Below are positions 16,933 through 26,559 of a stretch of DNA of 64,000 nt, in pieces. The number at the start of each line of letters is the position of its first letter. The first letter of the stretch is position 1. The stretch covers positions 6,452 through 70,451 of the forward strand of contig CAYXEC010000003.1 in the NCBI GenBank assembly GCA_964463855.1. Direction: 5' to 3'. Made by a program: the position numbers and the translations under genes. Below the pieces are notes generated by a model. That model was not told the origin of the DNA. It ran no database searches and saw nothing but the letters and a program-made list of their open reading frames with translations. The stretch comes from an uncultured Verrucomicrobiales bacterium (lineage in GTDB: Bacteria > Verrucomicrobiota > Verrucomicrobiia > Verrucomicrobiales > Akkermansiaceae).

Positions 16933-19197
16933 CTAGTGCTTGTGATCATGCTCGTGCTTATCCCCGGCGGGGGTGGGCGCATCTGCTTTCGACTCGAGGG
17001 AGAGCGTGTCCTTGACAAATCCGCAGGCGTACATGGCACTGCCATAGTAGGGGTTGCGAACTGCCGTGTCCGCAGAGATCCAGTCAGCACCCTTGTCCCC
17101 GTGAGCCATCGGGCAATGAATGACATAAACGTTACCCAGATGATTGAGACCATGCTTGCGGATCAAGGCAATCAGGGAGTCGCTGACGGCTTTGAAGGAT
17201 GTCCTCATCGCGGCAATATCAGCGACCTGGGGGAGTTGTTCTGCTTGAGCTGAGAGCTCTTTGCGGGTGTTATCCCCCGGCAGGCTGGCGATGGCCCGGA
17301 TGAGTTCCGGGGACAGCTTTTGCGCTTTTTCGTAATTATCCTCAGACAGGGCGATGGCGATGGCGAGATAGGCGTCCTTGCTTTGCATGAGAGGCTCAAT
17401 CCATTGGGAGTCCGCCGCAACGGAGGGCAGTGGCTGCCAGGGAAGGCCGAGGTAGCGCCCGGTTTGCTCGACCTGATGGCGCACCATGCCCAGGGTGGAG
17501 AGGTCCATGTGCATGCTCTGAGCCTGGGTGAGGGTGTTGTCGAGCCGCATGGAGAACTCCTTCCACAGTGCCACATCGGCAGCCTGGAGCTGATCGTGTT
17601 GGATGCTTGCCAGGGCTTCCTGCATGGTGATGAGGTGTTGCATGGCACCCCTGCCATGCTCGGCCGATATGGAATGCACAAATTTTCCGTAGGCCCTGAG
17701 CACAGGTGGCCACTGCCCGGTGAGCTGGTCGTCCGCCCTTTTGGCAGACTGTTCCTTGAGGCCGGCGTTGGGGTTCATCATGGAGGGGCGCGCCTTGATC
17801 TGCAGTTCGCTGTCGAGTTTATAGGCCCCCTTGGTCACGACCAATTCACCCTCGTCAAGACCCCGGTTGACGATGAAGTAATTGCCGGTTCTGGGTCCAA
17901 GGACAATTTCCCTGCCTTCAAAGACGGGTTCTTTTTTCCCTTTGTGCCTGACATAAACCACAGCACGTTTGCCTGTTCGCAAGACGGACGAGGCGGGGAT
18001 CAGCAAGGGCTGTGCAGCCGGGTCCAGGCTGTCGACAAAACCGTATTTTTCTGCCGGCACCAGGGAAATGCCACAGATGTCACAGCTTCCCGGTCCTTCC
18101 TTGATAATCTCCGGATGCACCGGGCTGATCCATTTGCCGGCCAGTTCCTCGCTGACCACCTGGCCGTGGAGGTCGATGTCAGCTTGCACGGAAGTGTTGG
18201 CAAACATACCGGGTTTAAGCAGATGATCCTTGTTGTCCACATTGACGCGCACCTTGACCACGCGATGGCGCGCATCCAGAAGGGGATCCACAAAGGCGAT
18301 GCGACCGGTAAAGTTTTTTCCGGGAATGGCCTCGACGGTGAAGCTCACTTTCTGGGCATAACGCAGCCAGGGTAAATCGGACTCGTAGGCCTCCATGTAG
18401 AGCCAGACGGAGTCAAGATTGGCAATGCCGAAGAGGGGATCGCCGACTTTGACATACTGGCCTTCCCTGGCAATGAGCCGGACAATGATCCCGCTCTGGG
18501 GTGCGTTGAGGGTGACGGTCTCATTGGGTGCCGCTCGTTTTTCAATGCTGGCGATTTGCTCATCGGTGAGTTGCAACAGTCTTAGCTTCTCGCGCGCGGC
18601 AGCCAGCAGGCTCTCGTTGATACTCCGGACAGCTGGCGAGGTTTTCTCCCTGCTCGCCGTGGCGGCCTGGATGAGTTCCTCCTGGGCGACATAGAGCTCC
18701 GGGCTGTAGATCTCAGCAATGGCGTCTCCCTTGCTGACAGCCGTGCCGGCGAAATTGGTGTAGAGCCTCTCCAACCTGCCGCCCATCCGGGCTGTGGTGG
18801 TCACAACGGTGCGCTCATCGTAATCAATTTTTCCAAACAGCTCGATATGGATCGAGGCCGGTGCGCGCATGACTGGCGTGACACGTATGTCCAGCAGGGC
18901 CGCGGCATCCTCGCTGATGCTGAGCTCACGCAAAGCCCCGCCCCCGGCACTTGCTTGAAGGGGGACGAGTTCCATATTGCAAATGGGACAGAGACCGGGA
19001 CCCGGTTGCCTGATTTGAGGGTGCATGGAACAGGTCCAGACGCTGGGCGCCTGGGTGGCAGTGCCTGTTTCCACAGATTTTTCATCGGGTGGCAGGGCAA
19101 ACCACCAGCCGGCAAAAAACAGGACGATCGGCAACAGGATGGCTGCCGGTTTTTTAAGCAGGGGTTTCAGAGGGGTTAGAATTTGGGTCGCTTTCAT
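16933..19197 (-). CDS. RND periplasmic adaptor (CusB-like) fused to two Cys-rich metal-binding modules and a DUF3347-like C-terminal domain
   Basis: 754 aa. Two modules (WTCSMHPQIRQPGPGLCPICNMELVP and ISPVHPEIIKEGPGSCDICGISLVP), a membrane-fusion barrel-sandwich core, a C-terminal CPMAHGDKGADWISADTAVRNPYYGSAMYACG and a His-rich tail DKHEHDHKH. Confidence 0.85.
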   Translation of the reverse strand: MKATQILTPLKPLLKKPAAILLPIVLFFAGWWFALPPDEKSVETGTATQAPSVWTCSMHPQIRQPGPGLCPICNMELVPLQASAGGGALRELSISEDAAALLDIRVTPVMRAPASIHIELFGKIDYDERTVVTTTARMGGRLERLYTNFAGTAVSKGDAIAEIYSPELYVAQEELIQAATASREKTSPAVRSINESLLAAAREKLRLLQLTDEQIASIEKRAAPNETVTLNAPQSGIIVRLIAREGQYVKVGDPLFGIANLDSVWLYMEAYESDLPWLRYAQKVSFTVEAIPGKNFTGRIAFVDPLLDARHRVVKVRVNVDNKDHLLKPGMFANTSVQADIDLHGQVVSEELAGKWISPVHPEIIKEGPGSCDICGISLVPAEKYGFVDSLDPAAQPLLIPASSVLRTGKRAVVYVRHKGKKEPVFEGREIVLGPRTGNYFIVNRGLDEGELVVTKGAYKLDSELQIKARPSMMNPNAGLKEQSAKRADDQLTGQWPPVLRAYGKFVHSISAEHGRGAMQHLITMQEALASIQHDQLQAADVALWKEFSMRLDNTLTQAQSMHMDLSTLGMVRHQVEQTGRYLGLPWQPLPSVAADSQWIEPLMQSKDAYLAIAIALSEDNYEKAQKLSPELIRAIASLPGDNTRKELSAQAEQLPQVADIAAMRTSFKAVSDSLIALIRKHGLNHLGNVYVIHCPMAHGDKGADWISADTAVRNPYYGSAMYACGFVKDTLSLESKADAPTPAGDKHEHDHKH

Positions 19198-19215
19198 GGT
19201 TTCTGGTAAAAAAGG

Positions 19216-20532
19216 TTAGTCAATGGCGGCTGCACTCTTCAGGGCGGCCGATGCCTTGCCGAGGGATGCCCGGTTGTTTTCCTGTTGCAGTTCCAAAGTC
19301 AGGAGCAAGCGCCAGGTATCGAGGACATCGACAAAGGAGAGCTCTCCGGCGCTGTAGGATTTGAGTGCCAATTCATGTGCCTTGCGTGCATCGGGAATGA
19401 GGCGTTGATCAAAGAGGGAAATCATCTCCCGTGAGGATCTGGCCCGGAACCAGGCATCCTCGACACGTTGGCGCAGCTCGCTGCGGGAGCTGGCGATGGT
19501 TGCCTGCATTTCGGCAATGCCCGCACTTGCCTCATCGACCCCGGCCCGACGTGAGGCACGCCAGAGGGGGATGTTAAAACCGAGGGTAAACATAGTCTGG
19601 TCGCTACCATCCGCGACCGGAGACAAGCCTGAATCCGACACCCAGGCACGTTGGATTCCGACCATGAGGTCTGGATAGTTTTCCAGCTCGGCTTTGCGTA
19701 GGCGGTGCCTGAAGGCGTCCAGCCGTGCCTGTCCGGAGAGCACGCTTGGATGAGATGATTCGGCCCGGCTGATGAGTGAGTCCAGGCTGTTCTCACTGGG
19801 AATAGAGGAAGCTCTGGGGGAAGGCAGGGCGGATCCCGCCGGGCGATTGAGCAGGGCATTGAGGCTGGCCTGGCTGCTCTGGCTCTGCTGTCTGGCCATG
19901 ATGAGCTCCTTGTCAACGTTGCTGATTTCATTGCCAATTCTGAGCAGGTCGGCCTGGTTGGCCTGGTTGGTCTCGACCCGTTTTTTGACAATGTCCTTGA
20001 TGGCATTGAGCACATCCTTGCTTTCGAGATTGATGCGCAGACTTTGCTGGGCGAGGTAGTGGCTCCACCAGGCCATGCGCACATGTTGAGCCAAGGCAAG
20101 CTTGAGGTTTTCGAGCTCGGCGGAGGCAGCGTCAGCCTCTTTCTGCGCAGCCTGGGCCCTGGCTTTGCGTTTTCCGGGGAAAGGAATGTGTTGTTCCACC
20201 CCGACGATGGTGTCCACTTCTCCGGCAGCCGTCTGGGCCAGATCACCCGCGCTGACGCGGGCCCTGGGATCGGGGAGTGTCTTTTCCTGTGCCACCCGTG
20301 CCTTGAGACGGGTGACTTTTTGCCGTGCCGCATGGAGAGAGGGATGGTGGACAAGCGACAAGGCGACGAGTTCCTCGACACCTGCCTGAGGCGTTATACT
20401 GTAGTCGGACGCCTGGGGGGTGTCCATGGCGGTGGCACCGAGGGGGTTCTGCAGGTGTCTGGCGGAACGATCTGCCTGGCAGGAGATGAGAATCACCGCC
20501 AGCGGGATGGACATGAGTAACCGGAGTTTCAT
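19216..20532 (-). CDS. TolC/CusC-family outer-membrane efflux protein
   Basis: 438 aa with a signal peptide and two repeated alpha-helical/beta-barrel halves. It lies directly upstream of the adaptor and RND genes. Confidence 0.85.
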   Translation of the reverse strand: MKLRLLMSIPLAVILISCQADRSARHLQNPLGATAMDTPQASDYSITPQAGVEELVALSLVHHPSLHAARQKVTRLKARVAQEKTLPDPRARVSAGDLAQTAAGEVDTIVGVEQHIPFPGKRKARAQAAQKEADAASAELENLKLALAQHVRMAWWSHYLAQQSLRINLESKDVLNAIKDIVKKRVETNQANQADLLRIGNEISNVDKELIMARQQSQSSQASLNALLNRPAGSALPSPRASSIPSENSLDSLISRAESSHPSVLSGQARLDAFRHRLRKAELENYPDLMVGIQRAWVSDSGLSPVADGSDQTMFTLGFNIPLWRASRRAGVDEASAGIAEMQATIASSRSELRQRVEDAWFRARSSREMISLFDQRLIPDARKAHELALKSYSAGELSFVDVLDTWRLLLTLELQQENNRASLGKASAALKSAAAID

Positions 20533-20773
20533 GGTGTTTTTTGTTAGATATGGAAAAAGGATGTGGATGGGTGGGATTGGTGATGGGGCTCAAGGTCGCG
20601 AGCATCTGGATCAAGCGTGACCCGTCCGTCCCTGAGAAGAGAACATCAGCTACGTAGAGGTGATTCGGGATGCAGACAAACAGTGGCCTAGACCTCGTAT
20701 ATCAATGAGCTTGAATACTCCCTGAACTGCGCAGACATTCGGTGAGAAACGGCAGGTGGAGTGCTTCCGTATA

Positions 20774-21151
20774 TCAAAGCCGGAAGGTGGAATAAAGAAT
20801 ACACAAGGAGTGCCCCGGGGGCGGGGGCACTGAGCTTGCAACAATCACATAGCAGGGGCTATGCTGATGCCCTTGGCTCTGCAGAGTGGGAGGGGGTCCT
20901 TGTGGGCATGCAAAATCGGTCGTCTGAAAATGGAAAGCCTTGAAATCAGGATATTCCTTGTTCAGGGAACACATGCAAGTGTGCCCATTGTCCCGGTTCT
21001 GATCACTCTCTTGGTTGGCGGGCGATGATGAGCAACAGGAGCGCTCAGGCTCCTTTGTAGGCGTGCAACATTGCCCCTGGCTACAGCAACACGCTGGGTT
21101 GACCAGCAAGAGAGCGAGTGCGAAGCCAAGTATGTTTTTTGTTGAGAGCAT
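20774..21151 (-). CDS. small Cys-rich secreted protein (hypothetical)
   Basis: From Met at 21151: MLSTKNILGFALALLLVNPA (signal-like), then CCCSQGQCCTPTKEPERSCCSSS...HTCMCS. It is upstream of and co-directional with the RND operon. The extent of the real coding region is uncertain. Confidence 0.4.
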   Translation of the reverse strand: MLSTKNILGFALALLLVNPACCCSQGQCCTPTKEPERSCCSSSPANQESDQNRDNGHTCMCSLNKEYPDFKAFHFQTTDFACPQGPPPTLQSQGHQHSPCYVIVASSVPPPPGHSLCILYSTFRL

Positions 21152-21236
21152 CGTATCCAAAGGTGGATTTTGCGTCATAACGCTATCAACAGGGCCATCC
21201 TCTAGCAAGTTGATTCTTCCGCCAGGCGTTTTTTAG

Positions 21237-21512
21237 TCAGGCCGATATGGTAAATCCCCTGACGTTTTCAAGCAGTGGAATTTCTGTGGATTGCACGTTT
21301 TTGACGTAGTGAGAGAGGGTGCTTTCATCGACGATTTCCCTGATGAAATCGTCGACTTCGCCCTCTTCACCCATGAGTTCAAGCTCCACCGTACCGTCTG
21401 CGAGATTCTTTACCGTGCCTACAATTTCAAAGCCCATGGCAAGTTGTTTCACCGTGTAGCGGAAGCCGACACCTTGCACCCTTCCCTCAAAAATGACTCG
21501 TCTGGCAATCAT
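21237..21512 (-). CDS. acyP: acylphosphatase
   Basis: 91 aa with the FEGRVQGVGFRY signature. Confidence 0.9.
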   Translation of the reverse strand: MIARRVIFEGRVQGVGFRYTVKQLAMGFEIVGTVKNLADGTVELELMGEEGEVDDFIREIVDESTLSHYVKNVQSTEIPLLENVRGFTISA

Positions 21513-21610
21513 GCCGGCAAGTGTAGATGGGCTTTGTGTCGATTACCAGAAGGAGTGGAGATTTTTTCCTCGGAGCAAGCCCTGATTCCGGGTTTGATGG
21601 CATTGCACTT

Positions 21611-22483
21611 ATGAAGGCTTTTGTTCTCGCAGCCCGACCCAAAACACTTCCAGCAGCCATTGTGCCCGTATGGATTGGTTGTGTGTTGGCGTATTATCTC
21701 ACCGGTGATTGGGATCCACGGTTGGCACTTTACACCTTTGTGAGTGCCCTGTGGATCCAGATAGCCACCAATTTTTTCAACGATGCCATTGATGCGCAGA
21801 AGGGTGCGGACACTGATGCGCGACTGGGGCCTGTCCGGGTGACAGCCTCCGGTCAACTCTCCACAAAAACCGTCTATGCCGTGGCGGTGTTCTGTTTGAT
21901 CCTGGCTGCCATGTTTGGCTGGGCGCTTGTTTTGGCAAGGGGATGGCCCATGCTCGCCATCGGTATTCCATCTCTCTATCTGGCTTATGGATACACGGGT
22001 GGCCCATTGCCTTTGGCCTACAAAGGGCTGGGCGAGTTGTTTGTGATCCTGTTTTTTGGTTTGGTTGCAGTTACTGGAACGGTTTTTGTGCAAACCGGGC
22101 AATGGTATGCGGAGGCACTGCTCACTGGCTTGGCTGTGGGGTCTTTGTCAGCAGTGCTGATCTCGGTTAATAATCTGCGCGATGTGAACGAGGACCGGGC
22201 CAATTCCAAAAATACCCTCGTGGTAAAGTGGGGTAGAAACGCGGTGCTTAATTTAATTTGTGTAGAGACAATCGTCGCTTACGCCTGTGCCATCTGGCTG
22301 TTCAATGTGGGTTTTACATGGCTTTTCTTTGTGCTTCCACTGGCATTAGGCCTGTGGATTGTATATCAGCTTTGTAAAAATCCTCCCGGATCCTTCTACA
22401 ATAAAATTCTCGCCATGGCAGCCATTCAGCTGGTCCTCTATGCTGTCGCATTTACGGTGAATGCCAGCTTCTCCGGAGCATGA
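21611..22483 (+). CDS. menA: 1,4-dihydroxy-2-naphthoate polyprenyltransferase
   Basis: UbiA-family membrane protein with ARPKTLPAAIVPV, NDAIDAQKGAD and NNLRDVNEDRANSKNTL. The start is set at Met 21611; the longest ORF begins at 21527. Confidence 0.88.
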   Translation: MKAFVLAARPKTLPAAIVPVWIGCVLAYYLTGDWDPRLALYTFVSALWIQIATNFFNDAIDAQKGADTDARLGPVRVTASGQLSTKTVYAVAVFCLILAAMFGWALVLARGWPMLAIGIPSLYLAYGYTGGPLPLAYKGLGELFVILFFGLVAVTGTVFVQTGQWYAEALLTGLAVGSLSAVLISVNNLRDVNEDRANSKNTLVVKWGRNAVLNLICVETIVAYACAIWLFNVGFTWLFFVLPLALGLWIVYQLCKNPPGSFYNKILAMAAIQLVLYAVAFTVNASFSGA

Positions 22484-23448
22484 AAAAACACCTCCATATT
22501 CATCCTTACACACTTGTGAGCAATACGGCTCTCAATGCCCGGTCAGCACGCTGCGAGCATCGAGGGGCCTTGATCCGGGTGGATCATCAGGGGGTGCATG
22601 GATACGGATGTATTCATCCCTGGCCCGAGCTCGGAGATGCCGGGCTTGAGCAGACTTTGTCCATGCTGGGAGAGGGCAAGTTGACTCCACTGAGCCAGCG
22701 CGCATTGTATTGTGCCAAGGTGGATGCCGAGGCGCGTCGCATGGGCGTCTCTCTCTATGACAATCTGGCAATACCGCAAAGTCATGCAACGTTGACGATG
22801 GAAGAGAGGAGTGTCAGCACGGCTGTCGATGCCGGATTTGACATGGTGAAGCTCAAGGTGGGGCGCAAGGTTTCCGAGGAGGTGGACTTCATTCGTACGC
22901 AGGCAAGCCAATTTCCGGATCTCCTGTGGAGGTTGGACTTTAATCACGCGCTTGATGATCAGGGGGTGGAAGCATTTCTGGAAAGTCTGGGTGAAGAGGT
23001 GAGAGATAAGATTGATTTCATCGAGGACGCTTATGAGCCCGGGCAAAGCCCATGGGTCGATGCGCTTGGGCCTTTTGGTGTCCCCATGGCAGTTGACCGT
23101 GAAGTGGAGGACGCCTGTGGTGGTTTTGGTGTGGCTGTGATCAAGCCAGCCATCAATGAGACTGCAGCTGTTTTGAAACGTGCGCTTGAGGATAACAGGC
23201 GGGTTGTCTTCACCAGCTACATGGATCATCCATTGGGTCAGTGTTTTGCCGCATGGGAAGCGGCCAAGGCATGCCGCGAGTTTCCCGGGGTCGTTGATAT
23301 ATGTGGGTTGATTACACATGGTTTGTTCGAACCAGATGCTTTTTCAGAGGCACTGGGGCCACCCGGGCCAGAATTCCATGCGCCCAATGGAACCGGACTT
23401 GGGTTTGATACTTTGTTGGAGAATTTGTCATGGGAACCACTGAGCTGA
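22480..23448 (+). CDS. menC: o-succinylbenzoate synthase (enolase superfamily)
   Basis: 322 aa with VKLKVGR, RLDFNHA and IDFIEDA metal-ligand motifs. Overlaps the menA stop by 4 nt. Confidence 0.8.
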   Translation: MKKHLHIHPYTLVSNTALNARSARCEHRGALIRVDHQGVHGYGCIHPWPELGDAGLEQTLSMLGEGKLTPLSQRALYCAKVDAEARRMGVSLYDNLAIPQSHATLTMEERSVSTAVDAGFDMVKLKVGRKVSEEVDFIRTQASQFPDLLWRLDFNHALDDQGVEAFLESLGEEVRDKIDFIEDAYEPGQSPWVDALGPFGVPMAVDREVEDACGGFGVAVIKPAINETAAVLKRALEDNRRVVFTSYMDHPLGQCFAAWEAAKACREFPGVVDICGLITHGLFEPDAFSEALGPPGPEFHAPNGTGLGFDTLLENLSWEPLS

Positions 23449-24590
23449 TGACCCGGGAGTTCTGGACATCGGATCGGTGTCACGTTCTGGCCAATCCGCG
23501 TGACCCGGTTGCGGCTCAACAGGCTTTGACCATCGGGGCGTGGAGCAAGCATGAGCCGAAGTTGTCAGGGCATGTTTTATTTGCCACCTCCGGGACCATG
23601 GGGGGCAGGAAATGGGCAGCCTTGTCCAGAGAGGCCATTCTCACATCAGCCAGGATGGTGAATGATCATTTGTCTGTAGACCAGAGTGACCACTGGCTAC
23701 TGGCACTACCACATTTTCACGTGGGAGGCATGGGTGTGCTGGCGCGCTCGTATGCGCTGGGTTGTTCTTTGAGCCGGCTATCCGGTCCCTGGAATGCCAT
23801 CCAGTTTCATGCTCTTGTTGAACAACAACATGTCACCCTGAGCTCGTTGGTGCCTACGCAGCTTTTTGATATTGTTGAGGCTGGTTTGAGAGCCCCTGAC
23901 TCGATACGGGCGCTCATAGTTGGTGGTGGGCGTCTCGATGATTGCCTATATGAACAAGCTCTGGCGTATGGCTGGCCTCTGGTAGAGACCTATGGCATGA
24001 CCGAATCGTGCTCGCAGATAGCCACGTCCGATGTTTGCGAGAGAAGTTTGAGATTGCTGCCAGGTTGGCAGACAAAGGTGACAGCCGGTGGACAACTCTG
24101 TATTAAGGGGGGGGCATTGTTGTCAGCTTATGTCACATGCCGTGAGAGTGTCTGCCGTATGCACGATCCCAAGGTGGATGGATGGTTTGAAACAGGAGAC
24201 CTTGTGAATATTGATGCGAACAGGCTGTTGGTAAAAGGCAGGTTGGGCCGTTGCGTCAAGGTGCTGGGCGAGTTGGTCAACCTTGATGATATTGAACATC
24301 AAATCCTTGAGCTGGGAGAGGCTTCCGCCGTGTCACTATACTCCCATGGGGTTTCGGTCATAGCGCTGGAAGATGCCCGCAAGGGCTGCAAGCTGATACT
24401 TTGTGTGCAACAAGATGGTGAGTATTCGGCGTTGCTTGAGAGCTATCATGGAATATGTCATCCCGCGGAGCGCATTGACGAGGTGCTTGTCACGGAAGAA
24501 ATTCCACGTGGCCCGCTTGGTAAAGTGCAGTATTCACGGCTTCAGGAGTGGGCTGCCGGGCAACTTGGCGATAAAGATGAGAAAAAATGA
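23430..24590 (+). CDS. menE: o-succinylbenzoate--CoA ligase (short adenylate-forming enzyme)
   Basis: 386 aa with FATSGTMGGRKW (AMP-binding motif I), ETYGMTE, and the GWFETGD and PRGPLGKV motifs. Overlaps the end of menC. Confidence 0.75.
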   Translation: MGTTELMTREFWTSDRCHVLANPRDPVAAQQALTIGAWSKHEPKLSGHVLFATSGTMGGRKWAALSREAILTSARMVNDHLSVDQSDHWLLALPHFHVGGMGVLARSYALGCSLSRLSGPWNAIQFHALVEQQHVTLSSLVPTQLFDIVEAGLRAPDSIRALIVGGGRLDDCLYEQALAYGWPLVETYGMTESCSQIATSDVCERSLRLLPGWQTKVTAGGQLCIKGGALLSAYVTCRESVCRMHDPKVDGWFETGDLVNIDANRLLVKGRLGRCVKVLGELVNLDDIEHQILELGEASAVSLYSHGVSVIALEDARKGCKLILCVQQDGEYSALLESYHGICHPAERIDEVLVTEEIPRGPLGKVQYSRLQEWAAGQLGDKDEKK

Positions 24591-24794
24591 TTGCCATCAC
24601 GAGCGGAAGTGGCGATAATTAAGATATCTTGAAATTTAATTTACAAGATCATTCATTCTTGAATGGGTTCGTAACCTTAACCCGCAGCGGAGTCTTTGGA
24701 TGCTCCCGGTGCAAAAGTATCATCTGCGGAACCTTGTATTCACGCATCCGTGATCACAGGTGGCAGCCGTTAAAGTGGGCGGCTGCTCTCTGTA

Positions 24795-26363
24795 ATGTAT
24801 TCACCCTCCACTTTTTTGACGTTAACCAATATCCTAATGATTCAACCCAACCACCCCGAGCAAACCCATCTATGTGAGGAAACAACCACACCAGCCAGCC
24901 ATAGAAAAATAAAAACTACAGGGGAGAAATCCCGCATCCAGGAATTCGGGCTTCAAGCTCCAACCAACATAGTCAAAAATTTTGTCCTGGATACCAATGT
25001 GCTCTTGCATGACCCGGGATGTCTGAATCAATTCGAGGATAATCACATTTGTATTCCCGTCGATGTCCTTGCTGAACTCGATAAGTTTAAATCTGAACAA
25101 AGTGAACGCGGAGCCAATGCCCGCCAGGTTCACCGCCGGCTGACCGAGCTGTTTTCGTCGGGCGACAGGGTGACATCCGGAGTTCCCACCGATGGCGGAG
25201 GGACTATACGTTTGGTGATTTATGATCCGGATTTCTGCGAGCAGAATTCCAAGGAACTTAGCCAGTTTCTGAGGGTCTTTCCCGACCGAGAGCGTGTTGA
25301 TCACCGAATCCTGGCTGCAACTGTATTATTGATGGAGCACAATGATGCTCCGGTTGTCCTGGTTACCAAGGATTTGAACATGCAGCTCAAAGCGCGTGCC
25401 GTTGGGATCGACTCGCAGGATTACCTCAACGACAAGGTCGACCCTGTCGAAATAAGTAGCTACGACATGCGCTGTGTTGATGTGGATCCTTCCGAATTAC
25501 AGCGTTTTGCCAGCTCGGGTGAACTGGCACTGGAGCATCCTCGTCGCAAAGAGATTGTGCTCAACCAGTATGTTTTACTCAAGGCCGGTGAAAAGCAGAC
25601 CATGCCCGCAAGACTCGATTCCAATGGCACTTTCGTGCGTCTCCAGATTCCGGAGGTGTTGCGCATTCCCGATGGACATCACCTCAAGCCACTCAATCTC
25701 GGGCAGAAGTGCCTGATTGACGCGCTGCTCAATCCGGATATTTCCCTGGTTACCTGTTATGGACAGGCTGGAACGGGCAAGACCCTGGTGGCCGTCGCTG
25801 CAGGGCTGCATGAGATGTTTAATCGACGTTATAATGGGCTGACTGTCAGCAGGCCTGTGATTTCCATGGGCGACCAGCTCGGGTTTCTTCCCGGGACTTT
25901 GGATGAGAAGATGAAGCCCTGGTTGCAGCCCTTTTACGATGCCCTGGACCTGCTCATGCAACCCGGTAGTAATCAGGGGCCCCGTCGCAAACAGCAAAAA
26001 AAGGAAAGCCTCAATGAGGCTGCCAGTAAGCCTTATGACCTGCTCATTGAACGTGGCATCATCGAAATTGAAGCGCTTTGTTATATACGAGGGCGCTCGA
26101 TTCCGAATCGCTTTTTTATCCTCGATGAGGCCCAACAACTCACACCGCAGGAAGCCAAGACAGTGGTGACCCGAATGTCCCGAGGTTCCAAGCTCGTGCT
26201 GGTTGGGGATCCTGCCCAGATTGACAACCCATATGTGGATAGCCGTAGTAACGGGCTTGTGTTCACGCGAAACAGACTCAAGGGTCAGCCCTTTACTGCT
26301 CACGTCACACTATCGCGTGGTGAGCGCAGCCCACTGGCCGAGGCGGGTGCGCAGCTAATGTAG
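24795..26363 (+). CDS. PIN-domain / PhoH-like ATPase (YlaK-type)
   Basis: N-terminal PIN domain (FVLDTNVLLHDP...PVDVLAELD) and C-terminal PhoH ATPase (CYGQAGTGKT, FFILDEAQQL, VGDPAQID). The start is uncertain (24795 or Met 24837). Confidence 0.88.
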   Translation: MYSPSTFLTLTNILMIQPNHPEQTHLCEETTTPASHRKIKTTGEKSRIQEFGLQAPTNIVKNFVLDTNVLLHDPGCLNQFEDNHICIPVDVLAELDKFKSEQSERGANARQVHRRLTELFSSGDRVTSGVPTDGGGTIRLVIYDPDFCEQNSKELSQFLRVFPDRERVDHRILAATVLLMEHNDAPVVLVTKDLNMQLKARAVGIDSQDYLNDKVDPVEISSYDMRCVDVDPSELQRFASSGELALEHPRRKEIVLNQYVLLKAGEKQTMPARLDSNGTFVRLQIPEVLRIPDGHHLKPLNLGQKCLIDALLNPDISLVTCYGQAGTGKTLVAVAAGLHEMFNRRYNGLTVSRPVISMGDQLGFLPGTLDEKMKPWLQPFYDALDLLMQPGSNQGPRRKQQKKESLNEAASKPYDLLIERGIIEIEALCYIRGRSIPNRFFILDEAQQLTPQEAKTVVTRMSRGSKLVLVGDPAQIDNPYVDSRSNGLVFTRNRLKGQPFTAHVTLSRGERSPLAEAGAQLM

Positions 26364-26559
26364 ATACCCGAGTGTTGAGATGGAATGTTGCATGTGGTAT
26401 CATGCAGCTGCAATCATGTGGCCAGGCTGGATCATGCGATCTGCGAACCGGTGTTTTCCCTGTCCTTTTCACCGTGCCGTCAGGATTCTCTCGCCTCCTG
26501 CCTGGGCCTGCGGTAAGAAATGAGAGCCACAAAAAAACCCCAGCTAACTGTTGAAAGCA

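Noticed and set aside
17320-18375. 351-aa plus-strand ORF
   Set aside because: It is antisense to the CusB-like adaptor gene, a shadow ORF with no recognisable domain.
19422-20381. 319-aa minus-strand ORF inside the TolC-like gene
   Set aside because: It is an alternative frame of the same strand. The product is Pro/Ser/Arg-rich, and the 438-aa frame has the expected outer-membrane-factor repeat structure.
21509-23319. 197-aa (21509-22102) and 258-aa (22543-23319) minus-strand ORFs
   Set aside because: They are antisense to menA and menC respectively, and the sense-strand genes carry family motifs.
25575-26303. 242-aa minus-strand ORF, and likewise 37637-38350 (237 aa)
   Set aside because: They are antisense to the PIN-PhoH gene and to the methyltransferase gene. 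Neither has a motif, and the sense genes are well supported.
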